A DNA stretch of 64,000 bases from positions 248,001-312,000 of the forward strand of contig UYFQ01000723.1 of NCBI GenBank assembly GCA_900617105.1, read 5' to 3'. A program made the position numbers and the translations under genes. The stretch is from Hydrurus foetidus (taxonomy: Eukaryota). Position 1 is the stretch's first letter; each line of letters opens with the position of its first letter. Below, one piece after another: positions 26,101 through 39,615 of the stretch. The notes below the pieces were generated by a model. The model saw only the letters and a list, made by a program, of their open reading frames with translations, did no database searches and was not told the DNA's origin.

Positions 26101-27743
26101 TACAACAGCATCTTGTTTTGATGAAATATATAACACCATTTCTTGATTCCAGCCCCCTGCCATCAAGGCTTGAAAACCATAACCAACCCAGAAATCAGTT
26201 CCTGTATTTGAAAATCTCCAGGATTTGAATGCCCTGTAACATTTACATCATCAATATTTAATGCTGTTGCACCACCAACCTGTGTGTGTTATTGTTCTGC
26301 ATATAACCAAACAATGTTGGTGCAAATCTTACATAAATTGTTGTTAGTAATAGTTCCTGCTGTGTAAGGCAATATTTAAAGTTGAGCCATAACAGTTCCT
26401 GGTGATAATGAAATTTCAAATCCTGCTGGAGCTGTAATAGTAATATTTCCAATCAAAGGAGTTAAAGAACTTGCACTTAAAACATAAGATTTTACTCCAG
26501 AAATATTATTGACAATACATCTTCCAAATGGAATTGAATTTGAACTATTACCAGTTGTTGTGATAATTACTGGCTCTGGAGCATTTGTTGTAAAACTTAC
26601 TTCATTACCATAAGCTGTGCCAATTGAATTTATTTCAAGCACGCATAATAAGTTGTACTTGGTGCAAGTATTTTAAAGAGATGAAACTTGCATTACCAGT
26701 TCATCACTTGTTTTTAGTAGGGTGTAAAATTGTTGGATTTGTTAAAGTACTCAACAAACCCCTTTAGCTTAGTTATACCAACACCACCACTATCTAAAAT
26801 AACACCACCACTTAGTGCTTTAATAGATGTAATATTGAAGGCATTTGTTGTTAAAGAAGCAATTGAAGGAGCATCTGTAGTAAATGATAAATCTGCAATG
26901 AAAACACATTGCCACTTTCGCTGATAACATAAGCTCTGTACGGTAAGTTGTAGCTGCTGTTAATCCAGATATTGCACCACCATTTGCTAAATTGATATTT
27001 GAAGCAGTTGGCCCACCACTGTTTTTACTTGTTAAAGCAACTGTTGATTGGCTGCAATATCCCAAACAACGCCACTTTCGTTAATCAATAAAGTTCCTGC
27101 TGTTACAACACCAGTTGCTGTTGCTGTATATTTTTCCTGTTGTTGTTGCAGATGTTGTTGTAACACTTGGTCAAGTGCCAAACACTAGAAACACCATTAA
27201 ATACATTTGTTTTACAGAGTGAACGGCTGCTGCTTGTGGTATTTGATACAGCATACATATACATTCTCACCAAAGGTATGACCACTATATAATTTTTCTT
27301 GAAAGTATACCAAAATCAATATTTGATGAACCTCCACTATTTACAACTTGTGCGGTTCCAAATGGTGTAAATGCACCAACTCCATCAGCTTGAAAAAGCC
27401 AAGCTAACCATATTATTGCCACTGCTTCCAGATGTTCTTGCAGCAAAGTTAACCCAGTTAAAGTAATATCAACAGCACCATTTGGTGATATAGAAAATCA
27501 ACGTGCCAACCATCTGTTGGTGTTGTAAGCAATTTTGGTTATTTACGACACCATTACTACTAAAACCTACATTACTGTAAAAGCACTACCAACTATGGCA
27601 TCAACAATTGTTACATTAGTTGTTGGACACCTGCCTTTTGCACCAGAGCGCGATGTGAAAGCCCAAGTAGCTGTAAACTGAAAAAGATTTGATTGAAAAT
27701 AGACTTGCAAACAACAGTGCAACTATTATTTTTTACTGAACAT
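23187..27743 (-). CDS. Large T9SS type B (gliding-motility CTD) surface protein with Fn3-like, IgGFc-binding and PKD domains
   Basis: Signal peptide MFSKKIIVALLFAS, GTAYGNEVSFTT repeats, FSNTGTDFWVGYG and SDKPVMVAQF..GDPEMV (IgGFc-binding), WDFGDG (PKD), FIPSAFTPNGQGPNE..WDG..QPSGVYVY. Confidence 0.85.
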
Positions 27744-28011
27744 ATTATGCAGTTTGTATTTTTGAAATGTATTTTGAAATTTTGGCCAAACAATCTTTAC
27801 TACAGAAGGCGAAAGTGCATTGAACTGCTAATAAAGTCACGTAAAGTAAGCAAGCATTATTTAACTAGTAAATTTTGCATCTAGAATTTTATGCAAACGA
27901 TAGCAATTGTAATGCATTAAACTGATTGTTGGTCTATTAACTAAACAAAGTATTTTCTCTATTTTTCAGATTCAATCAGTTTTATCAATCTAATCCTTTA
28001 CTTTTAGCAAT

Positions 28012-28936
28012 ATGTGGCAAAACTATTACAAGAAATAATTACCGGCAAAGAAAATCACTTGCACGTTGTATTTCTTTTAATAGAAAATGAATATGAAGGC
28101 TATTTTGATTTTTGCAACAATTGCCAAACTCATCAACACCTGTAATAGGCATTACTGGTCCACCTGGAGCTGGTAAAAGCACATTGGTTGATGCAATTAT
28201 AGAAGCTTTAGTAAATGATAATAAAGGGTAGGGATTATTTGTGTTGACCCATCTTCTTCCATTCAATCTAGGTGCTGTTTTAGGCGATAGAATTAGAATG
28301 AGTAACTGGTATAATCATCCAAATGTATTTATTCGTTCTTTAGCCACAAGAGGAAGTTTAGGAGGCTTGCATCCAAAAATCATTGAGATAACAGATGTAA
28401 TGAAAACTGCACCATTTGATTTTATTATCGTTGAAACGGTTGTGTAGGACAAAGTGAAATTGAAATTGCTGGACTGGTTGATTTAACAGCTGTTGTGTTA
28501 GTGCCAGAAGCTGGCGATGAAATACAAACAATGAAAGCAGGATTAATGGAAATTGCAGATCTATTTATAGTAAATAAAGCCGACAGACCCGATGCAGATA
28601 TGTTTGTTAGAAATCTTAGAATGATGTTGGCTCCTGCATTTCACAATCATCAACAAGAAATCAAAATCATTAAAACCATTGCAACAAAAAAGAAGGAATA
28701 GAGGAGTTTTGAAAATAGTTTATGAAGTACAAAGTACAAAGTACGAAGCAACAGAAAACAATCAACATCAAACTCAAAAACACCAAACGTTTTTGGCTTC
28801 TAACAGAAAAGCATTTCACATCATTCAACAAAATAGAATGAAGAATATTAATAAAAGTTTGTTGAAGAGGAAATAGAAGCTGCATCAACAAACAAAGGCT
28901 TTAATTTGTATAGCTACATAAAAATATATCAATTAA
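28012..28936 (+). CDS. meaB: Methylmalonyl-CoA mutase-associated GTPase
   Basis: IGITGPPGAGKSTL, VDPSSPF..GAVLGDRIRM, FIRSLATRGSLGGL, ETV.VGQSE, GDEIQTMKAGLMEIAD..VNKAD. Confidence 0.9.
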
Positions 28937-28972
28937 TAAATTACTACCCCTTAAATCATTAAATCTTACAGA

Positions 28973-29239
28973 ATGAATTTACCTAAATCTTTTGCAAACC
29001 AACCAACAGCCATCACAGTAGAAAAAGGCAAAACCTATGCTTGGTGTACTTGCGGATTAAGTGAGAAAAATCCCTTATGTGATGGTGCTCACAAACAATT
29101 AGCAACTGAGGAAAATGGCGAAACAGTAATGCCATATAAAAGTTTAAAATTCACTGCTGAAGAAGATGGTGAACTTTGGCTATGCAATTGCAAAAAACAT
29201 CTACCCCAATTTTTGTGATGGAAGCCACAAGAACATTAG
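28973..29239 (+). CDS. CDGSH iron-sulfur domain protein (two domains)
   Basis: WCTCGLSEKNPLCDGAH and LCNCK..FCDGSH. Confidence 0.9.
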
Positions 29240-29259
29240 TGGATTATAATATTTAAGCA

Positions 29260-29886
29260 ATGACTCGCAAACAACGCTATCAACATATTATAGATTTCTT
29301 GAACACAGCCCAAATGCTGAAACAGAATTAATTTACGATAACCCTTATCAATTATTGGTTTCTGTAATTTTATCTGCTCAGTGTACCGATGTCAGTGAAC
29401 TTAACAACACCTGCAATTTTTCAGCAATACCCATCTCCAAAAGAATTAGCAAAAGCAAACATTTGATGATTTGTTTCCTTTAATAAAAGCATTTCACCCC
29501 AATAATAAAACCAAACATTTAATTGGGATGGCAAATATGTTGTTGGAGAAATTTAATAGAGAAGTGCCAATGACTGTTGATGAATTAGTATTGCTACCAG
29601 GTGTTGGAAGAAAGACTGCAAATGTTGTTACAAGTGTTATAGACAATCAACCAAATATGGCTGTGGATACGCACGTTTTAGAGTTAGTCATCGTTTAGGA
29701 CTTGTAACTAAGCACAACTCCTTTGGCTGTTGAATTGCAGCTTATCAAAGAAATACCGAAAGAGCTTGTTCATAAAGCACATCATTGGTTAATACTGCGT
29801 GGGCGTTACACTTGTTTAGCTCGTAATCAAAATGCAAAGATTGTGGTTTGCAAGATGTTTGTTTGTATTTCGCCAGTAGCAAATAG
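29260..29886 (+). CDS. nth: Endonuclease III
   Basis: AETEL.YDNPYQLLVSVILSAQCTD, LPGVGRKTANVV, AVDTHV, HHWLIL.GRYTC, C-terminal Fe-S Cys motif. Confidence 0.93.
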
Positions 29887-29934
29887 TTAGTGCATTTGAC
29901 TGCTTTTCATTTTAAATCATAAACTTTAAGACTT

Positions 29935-30520
29935 TTGAACTTTCTTGCTCACGCATATCTTTCTTTTAATAATCCACAAGTTCTTGTGGGCAATATGATA
30001 AGCGATTTTGTGAAAGGAAATAAAAATTTGATTACCCATTATCAATCAAAAGGGATTACACTGCATCGCTTAATTGATGAATTTACAGATCAACACGATG
30101 CTACAAAACAGGCAAAACAAATATTTAAAGAAGAATTAGGTTTATATGCTGGAGCATTTGTAGATATTAGCTATGACTACTTTTTGGCAAATGACACCGA
30201 TGAGTTTAAAGATGCACAAAATTGCAAAATTTTGCAATAACTGCATACAATTCTTTAGATAATTTTGTTGCTGTTTTTCCAGAGAAATTTCTTCGCTTTT
30301 GCATCTATGAAACAACATAATTGGTTTTGTAAATTACAAAACAGATTATGGTATTCAAAGAAGTTTGAAGGACTAACCAATAGAGCAAAATATATTAATA
30401 AACAACGTGCGGGCTTTTTGACACATTTTAAATAGCAAAGAAAATCTTAAAGTTTATGCGATATTTTTTTTAAAGATGTAAAACAATTTGCTTTGCAGTA
30501 TCACAACAATTTTGTTAATA
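29935..30520 (+). CDS. ACP phosphodiesterase (AcpH/DUF479)
   Basis: MNFLAHAYLSF..GNMISDFVKG, GITLHRLIDEFTDQH, DISYDYFLA. Confidence 0.88.
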
Positions 30521-30538
30521 AATAAATTCATTCTCAGT

Positions 30539-31078
30539 ATGAAGTCAGTAAAATTTTTAGTCGCATTGTTATTCATTTCTGTTGCTACTTTTCTCAACAA
30601 AAGCCAACTGAATTAGATAAAGCCCAATGGATATGAGTTATTGGCCAAGCAACTATCCAATTACAAAATTAATTGCGTGCAAAAGATCAACCTATTGCAA
30701 GAGTTATTTATGGTCGTCCACAAAAGGCAATCGAGTTATTTTCGATGGTATTGTAAAGTATGGAGAAATGTGGCGTTTAGGGTTAATGAAGCTACAGAGA
30801 TTGAATTTTAAAGAATGTTGAAATCAATAACAAGGCTATTACAAAGGAAGGTACACGCTTTACTGCATACTTTTGAGACAAATGGACAATTGTAATTAGT
30901 AAAGACAATTATAGTTGGGGCAACTATTCCTACAACCAAAAATGATGTATTAAGAGTAGACATTAAAGTTGAGAAACAGAAGTAGTAGAAGCATTTACAG
31001 CCTATTTCGATGAAATAAAACTGGTGCTAACCTTGTTTTTATGTGGGATGATGTAAAACACAATTACCTATATTATAA
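30539..31078 (+). CDS. DUF2911 family exported protein
   Basis: Signal peptide, DK.PMDMSYWP, RVIYGRP.K.NRVIF, YGEMWRLG.NEATE. Confidence 0.8.
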
Positions 31079-31080
31079 AA

Positions 31081-31811
31081 TTGATAGAAGAAAAACATCA
31101 TATAGAAAATTATTCCTGCTAAAGAATCTGTTTATTTAGAAGGCCCAAACCAAGAGTCAATGAACTTTTCTTCGCTTGGGATATTTTTAAACAATTTATT
31201 AAAGGATTTCGAGCATTGCATTTTGCTGGCCTTGCATCACTGTGTTTGGCTCAGCTCGTTTTAAAGAAGATCATCCTTACTATAAAGCAGCTCGAATTTG
31301 GCAAACGAATTGCAGATACTGGCTTTGTAACGCTTACAGGTGGTGGACCTGGTATAATGGAAGCTGCAAATAGAGGTGCATTTGAAAATGGAGGTTCATC
31401 GGTTGGCATTAATATCAAACTTCCTTTTGAACAAAAGAAAATCGTATTTACATAAGTCAGTAACTATTGATTATTTTTGTTAGAAAAACACTAATGATAA
31501 AATATTCGTATGCTTTTATCATTATGCCTGGTGGTTGAGGAACAATGGATGAATTGTTTGAAACTCTTACGCTTATTCAAAACAAAACAATTAACAATTT
31601 TCCTGTTGTACTTTTGGTACAAAATATCATCAACTTTTGATAGACTATATCAAGGCAATGGAAGTTGAGGGAACAATCTCTTCAGAGGATTTAAAGCTAT
31701 TATTAATTACCGATGATTATGATGATGCAATGGATCATATTGAAACTTATATCAACAAAAATTACAAGGTAAAAGCACGTAAAAGAATGTGTGGTTGCTT
31801 GAAAAAGATAA
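31081..31811 (+). CDS. LOG/TIGR00730 Rossmann-fold nucleotide-binding protein
   Basis: ITVFGSARF, TGGGPGIMEAANRGA, GINIKLPFEQ, MPGG.GTMDELFETLTLIQ. Confidence 0.88.
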
Positions 31812-31827
31812 ACAAGTTAGATAATAG

Positions 31828-32577
31828 CTATATTTTCTTTAAAATATTTAGCAGCTTTACTAGCCTACTACCATACCAACTAAACATTTCTCCATCAACC
31901 AACATTATTTTAGCATTCGGTAAATGTTGTTGCAATTCGTCAATATGTTTTTGTTTGAAAGGATATGGTTCTGATGAGAGAGTAAAACCATTTCGGGATT
32001 TGCAGCTTGCATTTCTGCTATTAAAATTTCTGGATATCTTGTTTTGTTGGCAAACACATTTTCTAATTACAATACTTAAACATATCATTAAAAAAGTATC
32101 TGCCCCAACTGTCATATACGGATTTTGCCAAATAAGATACATACAAGTTTTAGGGTTTTGAAATATACCTAGTGCTTCAAACTCAATATTTATAGTATTT
32201 ACAAGGCTTTTGATTTTGCTGTTGTATTGTTATCTCACCAATTGCAAGAATCATATTTAAAGCAGTTTCAAGATTAATATCACTAATCCAGCAAAGCTAA
32301 CTTTTCCAATGCTTCAATATCAGCCTTTAAATTTCTTTCTTTATTGGCAATAATAATGTCGGGTTTAACGAAATTGCTTTTTCAATATTTATATTCTTGG
32401 TTCCACCAACTCTTGTTTTGATTGATGCCATACTTTAGGATGTACACAGAATTTGTGATGCCAACAACAGCTTCATCTAATCCTAAATCAAACAATAATT
32501 CTGTTTGAGATGGAACTAGGGAAACACGTCGAGGAGGTGCGGTAAGCTCAATTCTATTGCTGATCTGTAAAAAGCAT
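31828..32577 (-). CDS. Helical-backbone metal/cobalamin-binding protein (BtuF-like)
   Basis: SLVPSQTELLFDLGL, FCVHP, VGGTKN, YLIWQNPYMTVGADTF, LSSEPYPFK, LVDGEMFSWYGSRL. Confidence 0.85.
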
Positions 32578-32579
32578 TG

Positions 32580-33419
32580 TTAGAAATTATTCATAAAGAA
32601 AGAAAGCAATCTTTTGCAAAACATTTGGTTTTCTGTAAATGGCATTATGCCCTAAACCACTTGTAATATGAAATTCAACATTTGGTAGATGTTTTTCTTG
32701 CACAATTGTAACATCAGTAATAGGGCAAATCCTTATCCTTGCTGTCGTAATCCAAAGGGTTTTGTTTTAATATTTTCAAAGGCTCTACCAACAGAAAATA
32801 CGAAACTTTCCTTACCAGAAGATTCTCATAATATTATCAAACTCGGGCTTCAGATTCAATGGCATCTTTAGAAACAAAAGAAATTATCAATAGCTGTTCT
32901 TGTTTCTGTTGCTGGCAATAAGCACTAATCTTTCTAATTGTTGCAAATAATTTTCAGTTGCTAACGCTGCAGCCATTCCAAAAGAGTGGGCAACAATCCA
33001 TAGAATGTTCCAAATTTTATCAATCTCTGCAATACATTCTGAGAATGTTTTGCATTAATTGTTTCCATCACTAATGCTGACCAGGTGCATCAAATGCTAA
33101 ACTTCATAGCCACTTAAATATAGTTTATTGATAATTGGTTCTGATTTGTAAGAACAACTATCAAACCAATGATCACCAAACCTTTTGCCATTGCGGTTGC
33201 GGGAATCCATTGCCAACCACGAACAGTTAATTTTCAAAACAATATCAATTGTATTTGCTTTTGAAGAAAGGAGGTTCTTCGTTTAGGTTTTTCCTGCTAT
33301 ATGGTGTGCAAAAGTTTGAACAAACTTTCGGCTGCCAATTTATTTGATATAAGTGATATTGCTTTTAAACTTAGTTTTGTAAAGTTGTATAGCACTTTTT
33401 GTTTTAGTTTTAATTTCAT
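32580..33419 (-). CDS. Alpha/beta hydrolase
   Basis: TVRGWQWIP, FDAPG, VAHSFGMAA nucleophile elbow, late GLGH. Confidence 0.75.
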
Positions 33420-33431
33420 TGTGTCAAATAT

Positions 33432-34150
33432 ATGCAAGTAACAATTATAGGAACAGGTAATGTAGCAACAGTTTTAGGCAAACCGCTATTTTCAAGGACA
33501 TACCATTAATCAAGTGTATGAGAAATTAGATGCAGTGCAGCTATTTGCCATTCAAACAAATGCAACTCCATAGTCGACAAAGCAAACCTAAATAATGAAT
33601 CAGATATTACATTATTGTGGTTTCTGACAAATCGATTAAATCGGGTTTGCGAGCAATACATTTTGAAAACACTAGTACTGCATAATGCAGGTTCTGTTAT
33701 ATTGATGCATAAAATACTCAAAAATTATGGCTTTATACCCAATTAAAGCTTAGAAAAGCAATGGATATTAACACTCCCATTCCTTTTTAATAGATGGAAA
33801 TGATATTGATACAAGATTGGCTATTGACATATTTACAAGGTCTTTTTCAAGACAAGTAGAGTTTGGTGATGATGATAAAAGATTAAACTGCATACTGCTG
33901 CTGTTTGCCTGCAACTTTGCAACTTTATGTATTTGCAAGTGCTAATTTTGCGAAGCAAATAATATTGATTTTTCTTTGTTGCAATCATTGATAGAAGAAC
34001 TGCAACACGATTAAGAACACATCATCCTAAAGAAGTTTTGCGGTCAGCAGTTAGAAAGATACTGCAACAATTGAAAGCATTTGTTACAATTAAACAAGAA
34101 TCGAAGCACAAGAAATTTATCAACTTATAAGCGATATGATAATGAAGTAC
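33432..34150 (+). CDS. Rossmann-fold/DUF2520 oxidoreductase-like protein
   Basis: IIGTGNVATVLG, LVLHNAGSV, RLKLHTAAVFACNFA; heavily frameshifted, 3' end approximate. Confidence 0.75.
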
Positions 34151-34987
34151 TGTTCTCATACAAGTGTTGAATCAAACCATCTACCAACCCAATTTTAGGA
34201 ACATAGATTTCTCTCATTCCAGCCCAACGCATTACGTTAACATAAATCTGTAATGCAGGAACAATTACATCGGCTCTATCTTCTTAACTTATAAACCCTA
34301 ATTCTTTCTTCAAGAGATACATTGGAAAATTCTTTGAAGTAATCTTTAATAAATCTATACTCAAAGGTTTTCCTTCTTTTTTCTTTACTAATTGAAAATA
34401 TTTTATTGATATTACCACCACTACCAATAGCAATCATAGGTAATTTGCTTTTTGGTATTTTACGAATATGGTCTTTCATTTCATCCCAAACACTTTCATC
34501 CATATCTTTCAGCAAACGAATAGCCAATATTAAAAAAGACTCTACACCACCGCTTCGTTAAAAGGTTACCCTTGTGCTACCACCACCAACATCAATGTAT
34601 AAATAGAATGTTCTTTATCTAAATTTTCTGCAACGTGGTTTTCAAATGATAGATGCTTCTTCATCTCCACTAATTACTTTATTTCAATGCCAGTTTCAAG
34701 TTTTATTTTCTAATAATATCAATACTATTTTCAGCATCACATTGCACTAGTAGCACAAGCCTTAACGTGTTCAACATCATAAGCACGAAGCAAATGAGCA
34801 TAAGCTTTCATTGTCTCCATAATCATATTTCGCTTTGCTTTGATATCTTTTCAAAACATCAAACCAAGTCTTAATGGCACACGAACTAAATTCAGCTTAA
34901 ACTCTGGCTTGCTATGGCATCTAATGTCACCTCACTAATTAGTAGTCTTGCAGCGTTATTTCCAATATCTATTGATGCTAATTTCAT
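34125..34987 (-). CDS. ppx: Exopolyphosphatase (Ppx/GppA)
   Basis: MKLASIDIG.NAARL, VRVPLRLGFDVF, ACATSA, YIDVGGGST, GSGGNINK, DRADVIVPA. Confidence 0.88.
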
Positions 34988-34988
34988 T

Positions 34989-37033
34989 CTATTTTTAACG
35001 GTTAGTTTTGTTCGTTTTCACTGGTGTTTCTTTAATCTTATTTACTAAATATTTATATGTTTTAACCCGAGAACGAACTTGCTTGTTTGTGCTGAAAGTA
35101 CATAGTTATTTGAAAGTTCAGCATCTAAATCTAGTATATCTTTAATTGAATGCTGATAATATCTTTCTTGCTTTGATGGCTGCATCAGTAATTTCTACAG
35201 CAACTTCCACACGATGGTCTAAATTCCTCACCCTCATCCAATCGGCAGATGAAATAAATATTTTTCGGTTTTATCAACGCCGAAAATATTACTCGTCGGT
35301 GTTCTAAATATTCATCAACAATGCTAATAGCTTGAATTGATTTTATATTTTTGTTTGAGAAAATGGGACAATAAATATTTCTAATAATTAAGCTTACTTC
35401 AACGCCAGCTTGTTGCATCGTTTAATTTTTCCATCAAAATAATATCAGAAAGGAGTTACATTTTACAACAATTCTTGCTGTTTTTAGTTTTGCTACTTTT
35501 ATTTCTATCAATTAACTCTAAATGCTTTTCATACTCACTGGACAAACCTTTAAAGTTTGCAAAGTTTTAAAGGACTATTACCCAGTTCCAGTTTTCTAAA
35601 ATAGCTAAAATTCGATTAATATCTGCCATAATATTTCTGTTTGCAGTAAGCAAACAGTGATCCTTATAAACCTTTGCTGTTTTTCATTCAGATTTCCTGT
35701 GCTAACAAAACCATATTGAGTGGTTCATTTTTTTCTCTTTTTTAATAATACAAAGCTTGGCGTGAATTTTCATTTTGCACACCCAACAACACTTTCCACC
35801 TTCTTCTTCTAAAATTCCTTCCATTCCAAATTTGCTTCTTCATCAAATCTTGCTTTTTAATTCAAACATCACCACAACTTCTTTTCCGTTTCTTGCAGCA
35901 TTCATTGAGCATTAATGACTTAGAATTTTCTGCCAAGCGATACGCTAATCTTAATAAAACAACCGTTTCATCCATAGCAGCTTCTCTTTAAATCAATAAC
36001 TGGATTAAAGTGTGATAAGGAAAATGCAGCATTACGTCTTGCTGCAATATCAATTCTGTAATTCTTTTGTTTTGAGAAATAAGTGGATGACCAAATGGAG
36101 AACGTTGAGATAAAACAGGTTTAAACACATTTGGAAAATCCATAAAATGCCTAAAATTATGAATTCTTCCTCCTGGTATGATATTGCTTTTTGTTGAGAC
36201 TTAACCTTCTGATTAGATATTCTAATAAACTGAATCCATTTCTTTATCATAACAAAACGTACAGGTTTACCTCTTCTTCTGTTTTTTAAACCCTTCTCCA
36301 TTTTCTCAACAAATGTGGTGGTAACATCATTGTCAAGTTCAAGTTCAGCATCTTTTGTTACCTTAAAACTAACGCATTAAATTCATCATAACCAAAATAT
36401 GAAACACATAAGGGAGGTTAAAACGAATAATATCTTCTAATAAAATAATATTTTTTTCACCAGTTTTGAAGGCAAAATCACAAAAGCGACCCACAGCTTT
36501 ACTGGCACTTCAATTAAAGAATATTTTTGATGATAAGCAGATGTTTTTGTGCATTGATACACCCAAGTAAATACTCTTATCTCGTAAATAAGGCATTTGT
36601 TGCAAGCCTTCAATCATCAATGGAATTACATTGCTACGAACTTGTTCATCAAAAATTTTTTACAAATTCTTGTTGTTCTTTGGTAAGATTTTTTCATCTT
36701 TTAAAAAAATTTTCCTTTTAACTCAAGCAAAATGCCTTTCCAAATTCTATTAAATTCATTTTGCTGCTGCAAAACAGTAGTTTGAATTTCGTCTAATATC
36801 TTTTGTGGACTTTGTTCTAGATGCATATTCAGGGCGTTTGCGTTTCTCTGCAAATTCTATCATACGCTTTAGTGTGGCTACTCTAACCCTAAAAATTCAT
36901 CTAAATTATTCGAGAAAATACCAAGAAATCTAATTCTTTGTTGAAGTGGAACTGTTGCATCTGCTGCTTCCTGCAATACCCTTGCATTAAAACTTAACCA
37001 GCTAATATCTCGTTGAATATAATGTTTACTCAA
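34989..37033 (-). CDS. ppk1: Polyphosphate kinase 1
   Basis: [77 protein letters not shown]. Confidence 0.92.
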
Positions 37034-37149
37034 AAATCGTCTGTTTCAAAAGTAGTAGTATTATGAAAGTTATATGTTAATTTTACGGAACATACTTAAA
37101 GTAAAACAAGCTTTATGCTTTATGTTTGTTAATAAACTTTATATTTAGA

Positions 37150-39615
37150 ATGAAGAACATTGCTACTTTCTTAGGCTTTTTTATTTAATCATAACAGCAA
37201 TTTCGTCTAACGCTGCTGAGCCAACATTAACACTAACTTACAATTGAGCTAAGAACCTTTTGATCCAGAACTCAACAAAAGCAAAGCTGTTTCTGCAAAA
37301 TATATAATTTGCTACGTAACAGATAACAATAAAGAAGGAATGTTTAAGCTAGAAATTTCGTCAAATGGAATCAACCTTTTCTAACAGATATTACCAGTGA
37401 AGATGATGGTGTAATGACCATTGTATCTCATCCAACTTCTAGTCGTCAATATTTCCAAGTTTAATAGAATTGTAGATAAGTATATTAATGCAAAATGGTT
37501 TGGCAGTAGTAACAGTTTGCAAAAATTTCTCAACAATCGCAAAGTAAAATAGCCGAGCTAACAAGATTATTCAACAAACACTCTCCATTTGAAACTGCTG
37601 GCAGCAACATATACAACGATACAACTAGTAACGACCCTGCAATGGCTCATTGGCAAAACAACACGCTAGGATTGGCTTGCTTTACAAACGAGCATAAACT
37701 ATTGCGTTAATTCCAAATCAAACAAAACATTGTTTATACCAATTGGCAACTATAATATTAGCAGAGAATTATTTATTAGAAAGGCAAGAAATACAACTAC
37801 TTATGAGCAATGCCAAATTGTTATTGAGGGAGAATCCAGTTACTCTGAGCTACTGGCAGTATAATAGTTGCCTTGTTTAATGACAAGTTTGCTTTGGGCT
37901 TACAAGAAGGTAGGTGTAAAATTAAGGGCTTGAGTTTTCGAGGTCAGTTTATGCGAGACAATACCATTAAAATGGAAGATAGGGATTTCTATTCTTCAAC
38001 ACTTGAAACAAGTGGCAAGAATAGCTATAACAGATTCTTCAAACCCTGTAAAGACAAGCATTTTGCCCCTTATGCAGCTATAGTTTTAGATCCATTTAAA
38101 AATGGATTAGAGACAAATGAAGCGATTAAGAATTTCGATGAATATTATGGCGAGCTAAAATATTATTACTTTAAAATGTGGCCCAGTTCGGGAACTGAAA
38201 TTGTTGATGTCCAACTAAATGGTTTTATTGCAGGAATGTTTTTCGCCAAATGGCTCAACACAAGGAAAACGATGTTAGCAAAATTGAAAAGGCAAATTCG
38301 CAAATTTAAAATATGGCATCTGTTTTAGCCAAGATCAAGAAAAACCAATACCATCGTGCATATTTACGCTTGGCTAAATGTTCATACACTAATTGCAAGC
38401 TCATCTCAAAAACTCTAAAACTAGGGTTGCCTTTGGAAGAGGGACAGCTGGCAATCAAATTATAGAAGACGTTAATGTTGCTGGCAATGTAAATCAATTG
38501 ATTTTAGAGAAGATGGAGGACGATTTGCTTTATACATTAAGAATGTTTTTTCGGAACGCTTAGGGAAAATAGGATACTTAGGCTCTAAAGTTGGTGGAAC
38601 TTTTGAAGACTCTCAACTGGGCTTTGCATATCCAATAAACAATACTGATAGTAATTTTCAAGGATTGTATCCAGATTGGCATTTAAAAGGATATGGCTTT
38701 ACTTTTAAAAATTGTTTGATAAGGTATTATACCGAGGGTAGTGATAGAAAATGGCCAGTTAGCATATTTGGTAATTTTAGATTTGAAAATTGTGTGTTTA
38801 ACACAGTCCCTTCTACAGTCAGAACTTAGTAGCGAAGCCAGTTTTGTATTCACAAATTGCAGAACAATAATGGAAGGCGATTTTGGACTAAATGGAATTA
38901 AAACAACAAATCCCGTTCACTTATTTACAAATGTTGCTTATGGAAATTTTACCTTACATAGTAGTTTCGACAAGAAGAACAACAAATTGTTCACTTACAA
39001 ACCCCTATTGGTAGCGATATTTTGATTTAGTAAAGGTTGCTGTAAAGAGCATTAACAAACGTGGAGAAATTGTATTGCAATAAATAAGGAACATTACAAA
39101 ACTACTTCAAAATGCGAAACTTGTTGTGTATAATTTTTCGCAAGAGGATGATATAAAACCGCTAGGAATTATTAAAAATTATGATACTGCCAACAACCTG
39201 CTATATGTGGGTGGTGTAAGCGAATCTGTATCCTGAAAAGAGATTTATATTGGCTGTATTGTTCCCATTGTTACCATTGAACCTTTTGGGGCGATATACA
39301 AAAAGGGGTAAACTGCAATAGAATCTATAATATAAGAAAAGAGAATTTAAACCACACTGTAAATGCAGATTCACAAAAGTTGTTCCAATCTATACATTGG
39401 CAAGGCATTGCTAATTGGTAAGGAACATTATGCATTAATAGTACAGAGGCAAATAAAATGGCTTTGTGAACTTTGAACAGGTCAATATGTTATTGTTAAA
39501 AGTTACGATAGTGTATCTAACTCATTTGAGGTAACACCCTATTATGCAGATAAGGATTATACTAAAATTTATTTCTGTAATGGCTGTCAAAAAATCAATA
39601 AAAGCCTATGAATAA
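37150..39615 (+). CDS. Large hypothetical exported protein
   Basis: Signal-peptide-like start MKNIATFLGF; chain of same-strand ORF fragments (37873-38328, 38741-39025) filling the ppk1-glgA gap; could be more than one gene. Confidence 0.4.

Noticed and set aside
31500..36500. Stop-codon recoding or a cluster of true pseudogenes
   Set aside because: Occasional in-frame stops coincide with a locally higher error density, and genes elsewhere end in TAA, TAG and TGA, so sequencing error is the simpler explanation.
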